Shown here: in pieces, positions 1 through 9,722 of the stretch
Position numbering within the stretch: the first letter of the stretch is position 1
How the letters are laid out: each line of letters begins with the position of its first letter
NCBI GenBank assembly: GCA_030684355.1
Contig: JAUXTN010000093.1
Location: 22,894-86,893 of the forward strand
Direction: 5' to 3'
From: Pseudomonadota bacterium
Lineage (GTDB): Bacteria; Myxococcota_A; UBA796; SXON01
Length of the DNA stretch: 64,000 bases
The notes under the pieces: model-generated
Databases searched by the model: none
What the model was told of the DNA's origin: nothing
Seen by the model: the letters and a program-made list of their open reading frames with translations, nothing else
Made by a program: the position numbers and the translations under genes

Positions 1-618
1 CTGCGCGGCCCACTCGCCCAGGAGCGCGAGCCAGTCGGCCGCGGGGGTGTGCGGCGGCCGGGGCGTGTCCGGGAGGCGCACGATCACGACCAGCGTGGCG
101 AGGAGCGCGACGACGACGGCCCCGAAGGCCCAGTTCCAGTCGTACTTGTCGCCGAGGATGATGGCGCCGCCCCCGCCGAGCGCCATCGCGCCGCGGTAGG
201 CCGCCACGCGGATGCCGGTGGCGCGGCCCTGCTCCTCCGCCGGGACCGCGGCGACGAGCCACCCGTCGATGGCGATGTCCTGCGTGGCGCTCGCGACGGC
301 CACCGCGACGAGCACCGCGCCGAGGAGGGCGGGGTTCGGCCCGACGAACGGCAGGAGCGCGATCGTCGACGCCGCGCCGCACAACCCCGCCGCGATCCAG
401 CCCTTGTAGGTGCCGACGCGGTCGACGGCGGGCGCCCAGAGCGCCTTGAACACCCAGGGCAGGCCCACGAGCGTCATCGCGCCGATGGCGGCGGTGTCGA
501 CGCCGTTGACCTTCAGCCAGACGGGCACCATGTCGGCCACGACGCCGTAGGGGAGGCCGGACGCGCCCTCGAGCACGACCACCGCGGCGAGGAGCTGGAA
601 TCGCGACGGGGGGGCCAT
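1..618 (-). CDS. MFS transporter, AmpG/muropeptide-permease-like (N-terminal part; gene runs off the left edge of the window)
   Basis: Own reverse-complement translation from ATG at 618 gives MAPPSRFQLLAAVVVLEGASGLPYGVVADMVPVWLKVNGVDTAAIGAMTLVGLPWVFKALWAPAVD... The frame stays open to position 1. It has a hydrophobic TM pattern and the LPW-x-FK-x-LWAP-x-D block typical of AmpG-type MFS. It is absent from the ORF track because there is no stop in the window. Confidence 0.7.
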   Translation of the reverse strand, partial: MAPPSRFQLLAAVVVLEGASGLPYGVVADMVPVWLKVNGVDTAAIGAMTLVGLPWVFKALWAPAVDRVGTYKGWIAAGLCGAASTIALLPFVGPNPALLGAVLVAVAVASATQDIAIDGWLVAAVPAEEQGRATGIRVAAYRGAMALGGGGAIILGDKYDWNWAFGAVVVALLATLVVIVRLPDTPRPPHTPAADWLALLGEWAAQ

Positions 619-678
619 GCCGGCTCGGCTGTAGCACGGCCGTGAGCGGGTCGTGGGGCCGTCGAGCAGGCGCCCGGG

Positions 679-1410
679 TCAGGCGGCCCAGGCCACCCGG
701 AGGAGCCACGTGAGCTGGTTGGGGAGCGCGAGGCCGTCGGGGAAGCGGGGGTGGGGGCCCGTGCGCAGGACCCGCTCCCCCATGGGGATGGTCCGCGCGA
801 GCGCGCCTTCGGAGGCCGCGAGCGCCGCGGCCCGGAGGGCGGGGAAGCCGAGGCGGAAGTCGCCGCGACCCGGCACCACCGTCGTGACCTCCGGGCGCCC
901 GATCGTGTCGGAGAGGCCCACGGTGACGAGCTCTACGCCCTGCGCGCCGTGGGTGAGGCGGACGCCCACGCCGGGGAGGGGGCCGCCCTCGGGGAAGAGC
1001 GGCGCCTCGCCGTCGTTGGCGCCGATGCCGAGGTCGTAGTGGGCGTTCCGGACGAGCCGCACGTGTTCGGCGGCGACGTCGGGATCGGGCCAGGGGCCGC
1101 ACCAGCCCAGCGCCGCGAGCGCCAGGATCGCACGGGCCTGCTTGCGACGGTCCGCGCCGGGACGGGCGCCGAGCGTGTACGACACCGCTCCCGACGGTGC
1201 GCGGCGCCCGGCCATGGCCGCGAGGTCGTCGGCGGAGCAGCGGATGAGGGCGTCCACGGGCTCGTCCGCGGCGAGGTGGAGCCCGCGATCGCGGATCACC
1301 CACGCCTGGGCCCCGGCGTGGAGGCCGATCACGGGATGCTCGTCCCAGAACCGCCGCCGCGTGTAGGGGCTGGTCAGCACGCGCTGGAGCAGCGCGACCT
1401 CGACGCTCAT
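679..1410 (-). CDS. hypothetical protein (C-terminal half faintly SUFU-like)
   Basis: 243-aa ORF with a non-artefactual composition. It sits 20 nt downstream of the uvrA-like stop on the same strand. The VELVTVGLSD block is reminiscent of bacterial SUFU-family proteins, but this is weak. Confidence 0.55.
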   Translation of the reverse strand: MSVEVALLQRVLTSPYTRRRFWDEHPVIGLHAGAQAWVIRDRGLHLAADEPVDALIRCSADDLAAMAGRRAPSGAVSYTLGARPGADRRKQARAILALAALGWCGPWPDPDVAAEHVRLVRNAHYDLGIGANDGEAPLFPEGGPLPGVGVRLTHGAQGVELVTVGLSDTIGRPEVTTVVPGRGDFRLGFPALRAAALAASEGALARTIPMGERVLRTGPHPRFPDGLALPNQLTWLLRVAWAA

Positions 1411-1429
1411 GGGGCGAGCCTCCGCGCGC

Positions 1430-4150
1430 TCACAGGTACCGCCCCGTCCGCGACCCCGGCGTGGCGCGGATCGTGGCGGGCGCGCCCTCGGCGATCACGC
1501 CGCCGCCCGCGGAGCCCGCCCCTGGCCCCAGCTCGACCAGCCAGTCGCACCCGCCGAGCAGCACGGGGTCGTGCTCCACCGCGAGCACGCTGCCGCCTTG
1601 CTCCACGAGCTGGCGCAGGGCCTCGACCAGCAGCGCCACGTCGGAGGGGTGGAGGCCGACGGAGGGCTCGTCGAGCAGGTAGAGCGTGCCGGGGACCTCG
1701 CCCTTGCGGCCGAGCTCCCGCGCGAGCTTGACGCGCTGGGCCTCGCCGCCGGAGAGGGTGTCGCCGGGCTGGCCGAGCGCAAGGTAGCCGAGGCCGAGGG
1801 CGTCGAGCGTCGCGAGCGGGCCGGCGATCTGGGGGACGGAGGGGAAGAGGTTGCGGGCGTCGCGGACGGGCATGGCGAGCACGTCCGCGATGCTGGCGCC
1901 CTTCCAGGTGACCGCGAGCGTGGCCTCGTCGAAGCGCCGGCCGTCGCAGACCTCGCAGGGGACGGTCACGTCGGGGAGGAAGTGCATCGCGACGCGCCGA
2001 ACGCCCTCGCCTTCGCACGCCTCGCACCGGCCGCCGGGCTGGTTGAAGAGGAAGCGCTCCGGACCGAAGCCGCGGAGCTTCGCCTCGGCGGTCTTCGCGT
2101 AGAGCTGGCGGATGGGGTCCCAGATCTTGGTGGCCGTGGCCGGGTTCGACCGCGCCGAGCGGCCCAGCGGCGCCTGGTCGACGCGCACGATGCGCGTGAT
2201 GGCGTCGGCGCCCTCGAGGCCCGTGTGGGGCAGGGGTTCGGGGCCGCCGAAGCCGAGCTTGCGGGTGAGGGCACGGCCGAGCGTGTCCTCGACGAGGGAG
2301 CTCTTGCCGGAGCCGCTCACGCCGGTCACCCCGACGAGCGCGCCGAGGGGGAAGCGGACCTCGGGGGCCCGGAGGTTGTGGCCGGTGGCGCCGCGGAGGG
2401 TGAGCCAACGGTCGAGACGTCGCGACGATGGGGGCGAGAGGGTCTCGCGGCCGGAGAGCCAGCGGCCGGTCGAGGTGTCCGCCGCGAGCAGGGCCTCGGG
2501 GGTGCCGACGAACACGATCTCGCCGCCCGCCCGCCCGGCGCCGGGCCCGAAGTCGACGACGAGGTCGGCCGCGCGCACGACGTCGAGGTCGTGCTCCACG
2601 ACGAGCACCGTGTTGCCGGCGTCCCGGAGGTCGGTGAGCACGGCGACGAGCGCGCGCGTGTCCTCGGGGTGGAGGCCGGCGGTGGGCTCGTCGAGCACGT
2701 AGAGCACGCCGGAGAGCTGGTTGCCGGCCTGGGCGGCGAGGCGGAGCCGCTGCAATTCGCCGCCGGAGAGCGTGGCGGCGCTGCGATCGAGGGTGAGGTA
2801 GCCGAGGCCGGTGCGGAGGAGGAAGTCGAGGCGGCGGCCGAGCTCTTCCTGCAGCGGGGCCACGATCGGGCCCGGGGGGAGGTCGGCGACGAACGCGCGG
2901 GTGTCGGTCAACGCGAGCGCCGAGACCTCGGCCAGGGAGCGGCCGGAGACGCGGACGGCGCGCGCGGCGGGTCCGAGGCGGGCGCCCTTGCACGCGGGGC
3001 ACGTGCGCTCTTCGACCGCGACGGTGCCCTTCTTCTCGGCGAGCGCGACCGCGCCCTCCAGCCGCGGCGCCGCGGTGGACTCGGGGGGATCTCCGTAGAG
3101 CACGAGGTGGCGCTGCTCCCACGGGAGCGCTTGCCACGGGACGTCGGTGGGGACGCCGCGGGCGCGCACCGAGGCCTCCAACGAGCGCTTCAGGGCGCCC
3201 TTCCAGCCCTCGACCGCGCCGTCCGCGAGCGACTTCGTGGGGTCGGGGACGAGGCGGTCGGGGTCGACCGAGCGGGTGACGCCGAGGCCCTGGCAGTCGG
3301 GGCAGGCGCCGACCGGCGAGTTGAAGGAGAAGAGGCGCGGAGCGGGCTCGGGGAGGTCGAGATCACAGGCGAGGCAGCGGAGGACGGCGGTGAACGCGGT
3401 GTCCTCGCCGTCGACCTCCGCGACGAGCGCGCCCCGGCCGATGCGGAGCGCGGCGTCCACCGCCTCCTGCATGCGGTCCTTGCGGTCGGGCGAGACCTTG
3501 ATGCGATCGACGACGACGTCGACGTCGTGGGGCACCCGGCCGTCGAGCGGGGGGACCTCGTCGAGCGCGACGGTGGTGCGGTCGATGCGGACGCGCGCGA
3601 AGCCCTGGGAGACGAGGCCGTCGAGGAGCGGCTTGAGGCTGCCCGTGCGCGCGCGGGCGAACGGGGCGCACACGACGAGGCGGGCGCCGACCGGGAGGCC
3701 GAGGAGCGCGCGGACGATGGCGTCGGCGGGGGTGCGCGAGACGGGGCGATCGCAGCGCGGGCAGTGCGGGGCGCCGGTGCGGGCCCACAAGACGCGGAGG
3801 AGCTCGTGGACCTCCGTGAGGGTGCCGACGGTGGCGCGCGGGGAGGGCGCGACGAGGCCGCGCTGGGCGACGCCGATGCTCGGCGTGAGGCCGGTGAGGA
3901 GCTCGTAGGCGGGCTTCTTCGTGGCCCCGAACTGCTGGCGCACGTAGCTGGAGAGGGCCTCGACGAAGCGGCGTTGGGATTCGGCGTGGAGGGTGTCGAA
4001 CGCGAGCGACGACTTGCCGCTGCCGGAGGGCCCCGTGAAGACGACGAGGCGCTCGCGGGGGAGGTCGAGATCCACCGAGCGCAGGTTGTGCTCGCTCGCG
4101 CCGCGGATCCGGATGTCGACGGTGCGGTGGGCTCGTTCCGGGGGAGGCAT
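1430..4150 (-). CDS. uvrA: excinuclease ABC subunit A family ATPase (divergent UvrA, possibly a paralogue)
   Basis: Motifs: RGASEHNL, two Walker A sites (GPSGSGKSSLAFDT and GVSGSGKSSL), Zn-finger Cys pairs (CPRCDR, CPDCQGLG, CEACEGEG), LSGGE signatures. The ATG at 4150 is preferred over the GTG at 4180. Several normally invariant blocks are altered compared with my memory of canonical UvrA. Confidence 0.9.
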   Translation of the reverse strand: MPPPERAHRTVDIRIRGASEHNLRSVDLDLPRERLVVFTGPSGSGKSSLAFDTLHAESQRRFVEALSSYVRQQFGATKKPAYELLTGLTPSIGVAQRGLVAPSPRATVGTLTEVHELLRVLWARTGAPHCPRCDRPVSRTPADAIVRALLGLPVGARLVVCAPFARARTGSLKPLLDGLVSQGFARVRIDRTTVALDEVPPLDGRVPHDVDVVVDRIKVSPDRKDRMQEAVDAALRIGRGALVAEVDGEDTAFTAVLRCLACDLDLPEPAPRLFSFNSPVGACPDCQGLGVTRSVDPDRLVPDPTKSLADGAVEGWKGALKRSLEASVRARGVPTDVPWQALPWEQRHLVLYGDPPESTAAPRLEGAVALAEKKGTVAVEERTCPACKGARLGPAARAVRVSGRSLAEVSALALTDTRAFVADLPPGPIVAPLQEELGRRLDFLLRTGLGYLTLDRSAATLSGGELQRLRLAAQAGNQLSGVLYVLDEPTAGLHPEDTRALVAVLTDLRDAGNTVLVVEHDLDVVRAADLVVDFGPGAGRAGGEIVFVGTPEALLAADTSTGRWLSGRETLSPPSSRRLDRWLTLRGATGHNLRAPEVRFPLGALVGVTGVSGSGKSSLVEDTLGRALTRKLGFGGPEPLPHTGLEGADAITRIVRVDQAPLGRSARSNPATATKIWDPIRQLYAKTAEAKLRGFGPERFLFNQPGGRCEACEGEGVRRVAMHFLPDVTVPCEVCDGRRFDEATLAVTWKGASIADVLAMPVRDARNLFPSVPQIAGPLATLDALGLGYLALGQPGDTLSGGEAQRVKLARELGRKGEVPGTLYLLDEPSVGLHPSDVALLVEALRQLVEQGGSVLAVEHDPVLLGGCDWLVELGPGAGSAGGGVIAEGAPATIRATPGSRTGRYL

Positions 4151-4247
4151 TGGCGTGCGAACGTAATCGCGACGGGGCACCTCCGGGTGTCCGCGCCGTC
4201 GGCGCGTGCGGGGCGGCGACGGCGGACCTCCGGGCTACCATCCCCGC

Positions 4248-5243
4248 ATGTTCCCCTTGCTCCTCGCCTGTGCCGCCCCCCTCGCCCCCGACAAGATCGG
4301 CCCCGACGCGCTCACCGGCGCCCACGACGGCGAATACTCCGTCCCCGACTGGAAGGACCGGGAGTTCCTGCTCCACCTCCCGCCCGGCTACGCGGTCGGG
4401 ACCGCCATCCCGGTGGTGTTCGCGTTCCATGGAGGGGGCGGCGAGAAGGAGGGCGTGGATCGCACCGGGTGCGCCGGGGGGGACACCGACGCCGACAACT
4501 GTCTGCTCGCGCTGGCCGATCGCGAGGGTTTCGCCGTGGTGATGCCCGACGGGGTGGACAAGCCCGGCATCGGGAAGCGGAGCTGGAACGCGGGCGGTGG
4601 GGAGAACGGGTTCCGCTGCGTGGGGGGCGAGGCGTGCGATTCGGGCAGTGACGACGTGGCCTACGTGGACCGGCTGCTCGCCGAGGTGCGCCGCGCCGTG
4701 TCCGTGGACGACGACCGCGTCTACGCCACCGGCATCTCCAATGGCGCCGCGATGACCCACCGCCTGGCCTGCGAGCGCGCGGACACCTTCGCCGCGATCG
4801 CGCCGGTCGCCGGTGCGAACCAGGCCGAGGCCGTGCCTGGATGCGCGCCCACGCGACCCGTGCCCGTGCTCCACATCCACGGCACGGAGGACCCGTGCTG
4901 GGGGTGGGACGGCGACATCGTGACCGCGCTCTGCGAGAACGACGGCGACGGGCGCTTCACGGACGTGGACACGTCGATGGCGGGCTGGCGCGCGCGCAAC
5001 GGGTGCACGGGCACCACCGAGGAGGCGCTCCCCGACGCCGCGGATGACGGGACGACCGCGACGCGCGTGTCCGGGACCGGGTGCGTCGCGGACACCGTGC
5101 TCGTGCGGGTCGACGGGGGCGGGCACACGTGGCCGGGCGGGTGGGCCTATCTGGGCGAGGACCTGATCGGCCTCGTCGCGCAGGACTTCTCGGGGAACGA
5201 GGAGATCTGGTCGTTCTTCGAGGGGCATCCGCGGGAGAGGTAG
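4248..5243 (+). CDS. PHB-depolymerase-family esterase (LpqC-like) lipoprotein
   Basis: MFPLLLAC lipobox at the internal ATG 4248. Motifs: VVFAFHGGGG, SWNAGGG, and YATGISNGAAM containing the G-x-S-x-G nucleophile elbow. Confidence 0.85.
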   Translation: MFPLLLACAAPLAPDKIGPDALTGAHDGEYSVPDWKDREFLLHLPPGYAVGTAIPVVFAFHGGGGEKEGVDRTGCAGGDTDADNCLLALADREGFAVVMPDGVDKPGIGKRSWNAGGGENGFRCVGGEACDSGSDDVAYVDRLLAEVRRAVSVDDDRVYATGISNGAAMTHRLACERADTFAAIAPVAGANQAEAVPGCAPTRPVPVLHIHGTEDPCWGWDGDIVTALCENDGDGRFTDVDTSMAGWRARNGCTGTTEEALPDAADDGTTATRVSGTGCVADTVLVRVDGGGHTWPGGWAYLGEDLIGLVAQDFSGNEEIWSFFEGHPRER

Positions 5244-5285
5244 GCGTGTCCGCCCGCCACCTTTGCGCGGGTTAGACCCGCCGCC

Positions 5286-6404
5286 ATGCTGAATCGCCTG
5301 TCGCTCGCCTACGGGGTCCTCGCGGGGACGTTCAAGGTCCGGTTCATCCCGCTCCTCCTCGTGTGGCTCTACGGCGGCCTCCGAGTGGCCGTGTGGGGCG
5401 CCCAGGCGCTCGACAACGTGCTGTTCCCCTCGCTTCGCCGCGCGAAGGTCGAGCGACCCATCATCATCGTGGGCAACCCGCGCACCGGGACGACGTTCCT
5501 CCACCGCTTCCTCGTCGAGAACCGGTTCGGCTCGGGCATGCACCTCTACCGGAGCTTGTACCCGTCGATCCTGCTCCAGAAGGTGCTCCGCCCCTTCCTG
5601 CCGGTGCTGGAGAAGGTGAGCCCGGCGCGGTTCCACCAGTCGGCGGCGCACGAGACCAACCTCTCGTCCGTCGAGACCGACGACGTGAGCGTGTTCTTCC
5701 GCTACTTCGACGGCTTCTTCCTCTACGGGTTCTTCCTCGCGTGGGACGCCGAGGAGCGCCTCCCGATGTTCGACCCGAACGTGCGGGACACGACCGGGCG
5801 CGACTTCGACTGGCTCGAAGCCGCGTGGCGCCGGAGCATGGTCGCCCAGGGATCGAGCCGGATCGTCGCGAAGCTCTTCTCGACCGGCCCGCGCACCCCC
5901 GCGTTCCTCAAGCGCTTCCCCGACGCCCACATCCTCTACATGGTGCGGGACCCCGTGGAGGTCATCCCCTCGACCTTCAGCCTCGTCACCGGCGTGCTCG
6001 ACAAGGCGTTCGGCTACTCGACGCTCCCGGCGGACGTGCGGGACCGCTACAACGAGCGGCTCTACCTCGCGCTGGTCGACCTCTTCCGCCGCTTCCACGC
6101 CGACTGGGCCTCCGGCCGCATCGATCGCAGCCGCGTCATGGTGGTGTCGTACGACCGGATGATGCGGGACTTCGACGGCTTGATGGCCGAGATGATCCCG
6201 TTCTTCGACATGCACCCGACCGAGGCGCAGCTCGCGGCGATCCGCACGACCGCGGCGGAGCAGCGCGCCTACAAGAGCAAGCACACGTACAAGCTCGAGA
6301 AGTACGGCCTCGACGCGGATCGCATCCGCCGGGACTGCGCGTTCGTCTACGAGACCTGGCTGCGGGACACCCCGGGCGAGCCCGCGGCAGCGCAGAAGTT
6401 GTAG
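5286..6404 (+). CDS. sulfotransferase family protein
   Basis: IIIVGNPRTGTTFLHRFL is a PAPS-binding P-loop-like 5'-PSB motif. YMVRDPVEVIPS is a 3'-PB-like block. 372 aa. Confidence 0.8.
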   Translation: MLNRLSLAYGVLAGTFKVRFIPLLLVWLYGGLRVAVWGAQALDNVLFPSLRRAKVERPIIIVGNPRTGTTFLHRFLVENRFGSGMHLYRSLYPSILLQKVLRPFLPVLEKVSPARFHQSAAHETNLSSVETDDVSVFFRYFDGFFLYGFFLAWDAEERLPMFDPNVRDTTGRDFDWLEAAWRRSMVAQGSSRIVAKLFSTGPRTPAFLKRFPDAHILYMVRDPVEVIPSTFSLVTGVLDKAFGYSTLPADVRDRYNERLYLALVDLFRRFHADWASGRIDRSRVMVVSYDRMMRDFDGLMAEMIPFFDMHPTEAQLAAIRTTAAEQRAYKSKHTYKLEKYGLDADRIRRDCAFVYETWLRDTPGEPAAAQKL

Positions 6405-6417
6405 TCTCTCCCCGAGA

Positions 6418-8466
6418 ATGGAGCCCGTGGTGACCCCCTCCGACCTCCCCGCCTACCGGGCCTTCCTCCCCGCGCCGCTCCTCTCCGCCCTCGACGCCGC
6501 GAGCGAGCCCGTGCCCGGCGTGCCCGGCCTCCGCGTGGCGGCGGGCCTCCAGGCGGAGTTCCCGCGGTTGGAGAGCCCCGAGGTGCTCGGCCTCGTCGTC
6601 GAGGTCTACCGCGCCGTGCGCGCCGATCTCCACGCGATCCTGGAGCAGCGCGTCGTCGACCGCGCGTTCGTCGACCGCGAGACCCTCGCATGCGTCGAGC
6701 AGAACATCGGTCGCGACGTGACCGATCCCGCCTACGCCACGGTCGTGGGGCGGACGGACGCCGCGGGGCGCGTGGTGGTGGGCCCGTCCGGGGTGCCGAT
6801 CGACGCGCCGCGGGTGGACGTGCCGGCCTTCATGCGGGGCTTCCAGGTGACGCTCTTCGGGCCGCCGGACTCCGCCAAGCTCTCCATCAACGCGATGAAC
6901 GCGCTCCACCGCCGGCGCACGGACGAGCCGGCTCTCGTCGCCGAGCTGGTGGATGCGTCGGGACAGGTCCCGCGTTGGGGGGCGGACAGCGAGGACAGCA
7001 AGACCCCGCGGATGCGCGACCTCCTCACCGCGAGCGAGAACCTCGCCGGCTGCTTCGACGGCACGCTGCGCGTCGACGATCCGCGCACCGGCAAGGTCTA
7101 CGCGCTCGCGGCCGAGCGGCGCTCGCTCCCCATCAAGCGCGTCGCGGGGCTCGCCCTCCCCGACGGCCACCACCTCCTCGACGGGAACCCCCTCCCGCTC
7201 CACCTCGTCGAGCTCGTGCAGCACGTGTGGCGGCACCGCGATCGCCCCGAGGCGCTCGTATTCTACCTGCCGAAGCTGGAGAACGAGGAGGAGGCCGCCT
7301 ACGTCGCCGCGCTGCTCCGCGCCACGGAGGGCGCGGTCACCGCGCGGCATCCCGCGTACCGGGCGGGCACCGTGCGCGTCGTCCTCGTGTTCGAGAACCC
7401 CCGCGCGATCTTCCGCATCCGCGAGATGGCGGCGGCGCTCGCGCCCTGGTTCCTCGGCGGGAGCCTCGGCTGGCACGACTTCCTCGCGTCGACGGCGCGG
7501 CTCTTCCGGCACGACCCCGGCTACCGCATCCCGGTCAAGGCCGACCCGAACATCGTCATCCGCCACATCCGCGAATCCCACCGCATCCTCGTGCGCGACC
7601 TCGGGGCCATGGGCGCCCTGAAGATCGGCGGGATGTACGGGGTCCTACCCACCGACGACGACCCCGCGTCGTTCTCCGTGAGCATGGTCGGCTTCATCCG
7701 CGACGTCGTGACGCAGATGAAGCGGGGCCTGGACGGCTACTGGGTGGCGCACCCGGACTTCGTGCGCATCGGCATCGCGCTCGTGGAGGCGTGGCGGCGC
7801 CAGGAGCGAAGCCCCGCGGACGACACCCTCGTTCGCCTCGTGCGCGCGCTCGTGCCCGACCCGGTGGAGCAGGCGCCGCTGCTCGCGTTCGTGGCCGGCC
7901 CCGACGCGCCGGGCCTCGCCGAGGACGATCCCCGCTACCGCCGCGCCGTGCTCGCCGCGGAGCTCGGCGGCTCCGACGTGATCGCGAACCACGACCCCGA
8001 GGAGGTCCGCTACAACGTCTTCCAGGCGGTGCAGTACCTCGCCGACTGGCTGTGCGGGAACGGCTGCGTGGCGCTGCCCGCGACGATGCGGAACGCCCGC
8101 GGCGAGACCGTGAACGTGCGCATCATGGACGACCTCGCGACCACCGAGCGCTCGCGCTGGGAGCTCTGGGCCGAGCTGCGCCACGGCCGCGTCGACCTGG
8201 CACTCTTCGACCGCATCCTCGACGAGGAGCTCGCGTTCGTGCGCGCCGGCATCGACACCCCCAGGAAGCGCGTCCAGGTGCGCTGGGAGGGCGACGCCGC
8301 GCGCTGGTACCCGCTCGCGGCGCGGATCCTGCGCCAGCTCGTCACCGAGCCGGAGCCGCCCGAGTTCGTCACCGAGCTCATCCTGCCGTTCACGTTCGAC
8401 CTCGTGCGCGACGCCGCGGACCCGTGGGCGAAGGCCCGCGAGCTGTGTCCGGGGCGCTATCGCTGA
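6418..8466 (+). CDS. malate synthase superfamily-like protein of unknown specificity
   Basis: The blocks FYLPKLE, VRVVLVFENPRAIFRIREM, GGSLGWHDFLAS, GGMYG and DGYWVAHPDF are collinear with malate synthase A blocks as I remember them. The N-terminal ~250 aa are unrecognisable. Confidence 0.6.
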   Translation: MEPVVTPSDLPAYRAFLPAPLLSALDAASEPVPGVPGLRVAAGLQAEFPRLESPEVLGLVVEVYRAVRADLHAILEQRVVDRAFVDRETLACVEQNIGRDVTDPAYATVVGRTDAAGRVVVGPSGVPIDAPRVDVPAFMRGFQVTLFGPPDSAKLSINAMNALHRRRTDEPALVAELVDASGQVPRWGADSEDSKTPRMRDLLTASENLAGCFDGTLRVDDPRTGKVYALAAERRSLPIKRVAGLALPDGHHLLDGNPLPLHLVELVQHVWRHRDRPEALVFYLPKLENEEEAAYVAALLRATEGAVTARHPAYRAGTVRVVLVFENPRAIFRIREMAAALAPWFLGGSLGWHDFLASTARLFRHDPGYRIPVKADPNIVIRHIRESHRILVRDLGAMGALKIGGMYGVLPTDDDPASFSVSMVGFIRDVVTQMKRGLDGYWVAHPDFVRIGIALVEAWRRQERSPADDTLVRLVRALVPDPVEQAPLLAFVAGPDAPGLAEDDPRYRRAVLAAELGGSDVIANHDPEEVRYNVFQAVQYLADWLCGNGCVALPATMRNARGETVNVRIMDDLATTERSRWELWAELRHGRVDLALFDRILDEELAFVRAGIDTPRKRVQVRWEGDAARWYPLAARILRQLVTEPEPPEFVTELILPFTFDLVRDAADPWAKARELCPGRYR

Positions 8467-8482
8467 CGCGTCGGAGCCCGTT

Positions 8483-9064
8483 TCAGGGCTTCCACCCCTC
8501 GAGCACGCGCGTGACCTCCTCGATCCCGTGCTCCGTCGTCTCGTCGTCGGCGGCCTCGGGGGGCGGGTCGATGATGGTGAGGATGCGCGAGTTGGCGTTC
8601 TTGAGCTGCACGCTCATCGCGCTGATGAGCAGGCGCCGGAGCGCGGAGCCGCGGGGCCCGCCGGAGTCGACGAGGCCGCGGAACCGGGTGCGGTCCATCT
8701 CCGCGACGACGCAGGGGCCGAGCGCCGTGCATGTCGCGCTGCGCGGCGAGCCGTCCACGAGGCTCATGTGGCCGAGGAGGGCCGGGGCCTCGAGCGTGGA
8801 GACGTAGAGGAGGACGCCCCGGGGGTCCCGCCGGGCGACGCCGATGCGGCCGCGCAGGAGGAAGTACGCGCCGGTGCCCTCCTCGCGTTCGCGGAAGAGC
8901 ACCTGCCGGGTCTCCAGGAGGCGGACCGCGCAGGAGGCGAGCAGGGCGGCGATGGCGGCGGTGTCCTTCGCGGGGAGCTCGTGGGCGCGCCGGAAGCCCT
9001 CCGCGAGGGCGTCGAGATCGAGGTTCGATTCGAGGTTCGATCCGGGGGTCGGAGCGGAGGCCAT
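8483..9064 (-). CDS. cyclic nucleotide-binding domain protein (no HTH seen)
   Basis: The CNB fold signature FREREEGTGAYFLLRGRIGV...LLGHMSLVDGSPRSATCTA carries the phosphate-binding-cassette-like G-x-x-S-L-x-x-x-x-x-R-S-A-T. The internal ATG at 9064 sits 1 nt after the upstream stop. Confidence 0.8.
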   Translation of the reverse strand: MASAPTPGSNLESNLDLDALAEGFRRAHELPAKDTAAIAALLASCAVRLLETRQVLFREREEGTGAYFLLRGRIGVARRDPRGVLLYVSTLEAPALLGHMSLVDGSPRSATCTALGPCVVAEMDRTRFRGLVDSGGPRGSALRRLLISAMSVQLKNANSRILTIIDPPPEAADDETTEHGIEEVTRVLEGWKP

Positions 9065-9065
9065 G

Positions 9066-9665
9066 TCAGCGCGCCAGGGCGAACCAGCGCGCGAGCCGCT
9101 GGGCGAGGGTAAGGCGCTCGGCGGCCGCGCCGGGCGGTGGAGCGGTGGGGGCGAGGTCACCGAGGCGCGGAGCGGGGGCGGCCGGAGAATCCCGTTGCTC
9201 GATGAGCACCCGGTGGAGGATCGCGTTCGTGTCGCGGATCCGCCGCGCCATCGTCTCGAGCAGGTGCAGCTCGAGCGCCACGACCGCGGGCTGATCGTCG
9301 TTCTCGACGAGCGCGGCGCGGGGCACGCGGAGCGCCGTGGAGGGGACGGTCGTGACGACGGTGGCGGAGCGGGCCCGCCCGCGGGCGTAGAGCGCGACCT
9401 CGCCGACGATCTCGCCGGGGACGACGTCGGCCATGACGCGCTGGCGCTCGCCCGTGGCGACGCAGACCGACATGTGGCCGGTGACGAGGAGCCAGGCGTC
9501 GTCGGTGGGGGCGTCCCCCTCCTTGAACACGACCTGGTCGGCGTCGAAGCGCACGAGCGTCGTCATGGCCAGGAGCGCGCGGACGGCCTCGGGCGGCACG
9601 TCGCGGAGGGGGACGAGCTGGAAGATCGCCTCTTCCATGGCGGCGGTTGTCCCGATGTCAGCCAT
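9066..9665 (-). CDS. cyclic nucleotide-binding domain protein (no HTH seen)
   Basis: FKEGDAPTDDAWLLVTGHMSV...GEIVGEVALYARGRARSATVVT is a CNB phosphate-binding cassette. The start is taken at MADIGTT (9665). Confidence 0.8.
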   Translation of the reverse strand: MADIGTTAAMEEAIFQLVPLRDVPPEAVRALLAMTTLVRFDADQVVFKEGDAPTDDAWLLVTGHMSVCVATGERQRVMADVVPGEIVGEVALYARGRARSATVVTTVPSTALRVPRAALVENDDQPAVVALELHLLETMARRIRDTNAILHRVLIEQRDSPAAPAPRLGDLAPTAPPPGAAAERLTLAQRLARWFALAR

Positions 9666-9722
9666 GTCGGGACGGTAGCTGGTCGGGCGGGGCGCCGTCA
9701 AACGCGCGCACGCCAACCCCTC

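Noticed and set aside
1409-4651. 1080-aa plus-strand ORF covering the whole uvrA-like locus
   Set aside because: It is antisense to a gene with unmistakable UvrA motifs. Its translation is an Arg/Gly/Ala/Glu-rich string with no motifs. This is a typical long shadow ORF of very GC-rich DNA.
3363-6284. 973-aa minus-strand ORF
   Set aside because: It runs antisense across three plus-strand genes that have clear family motifs (esterase, sulfotransferase). Its composition is Arg/Pro/His/Gly-rich and it lacks any recognisable domain.
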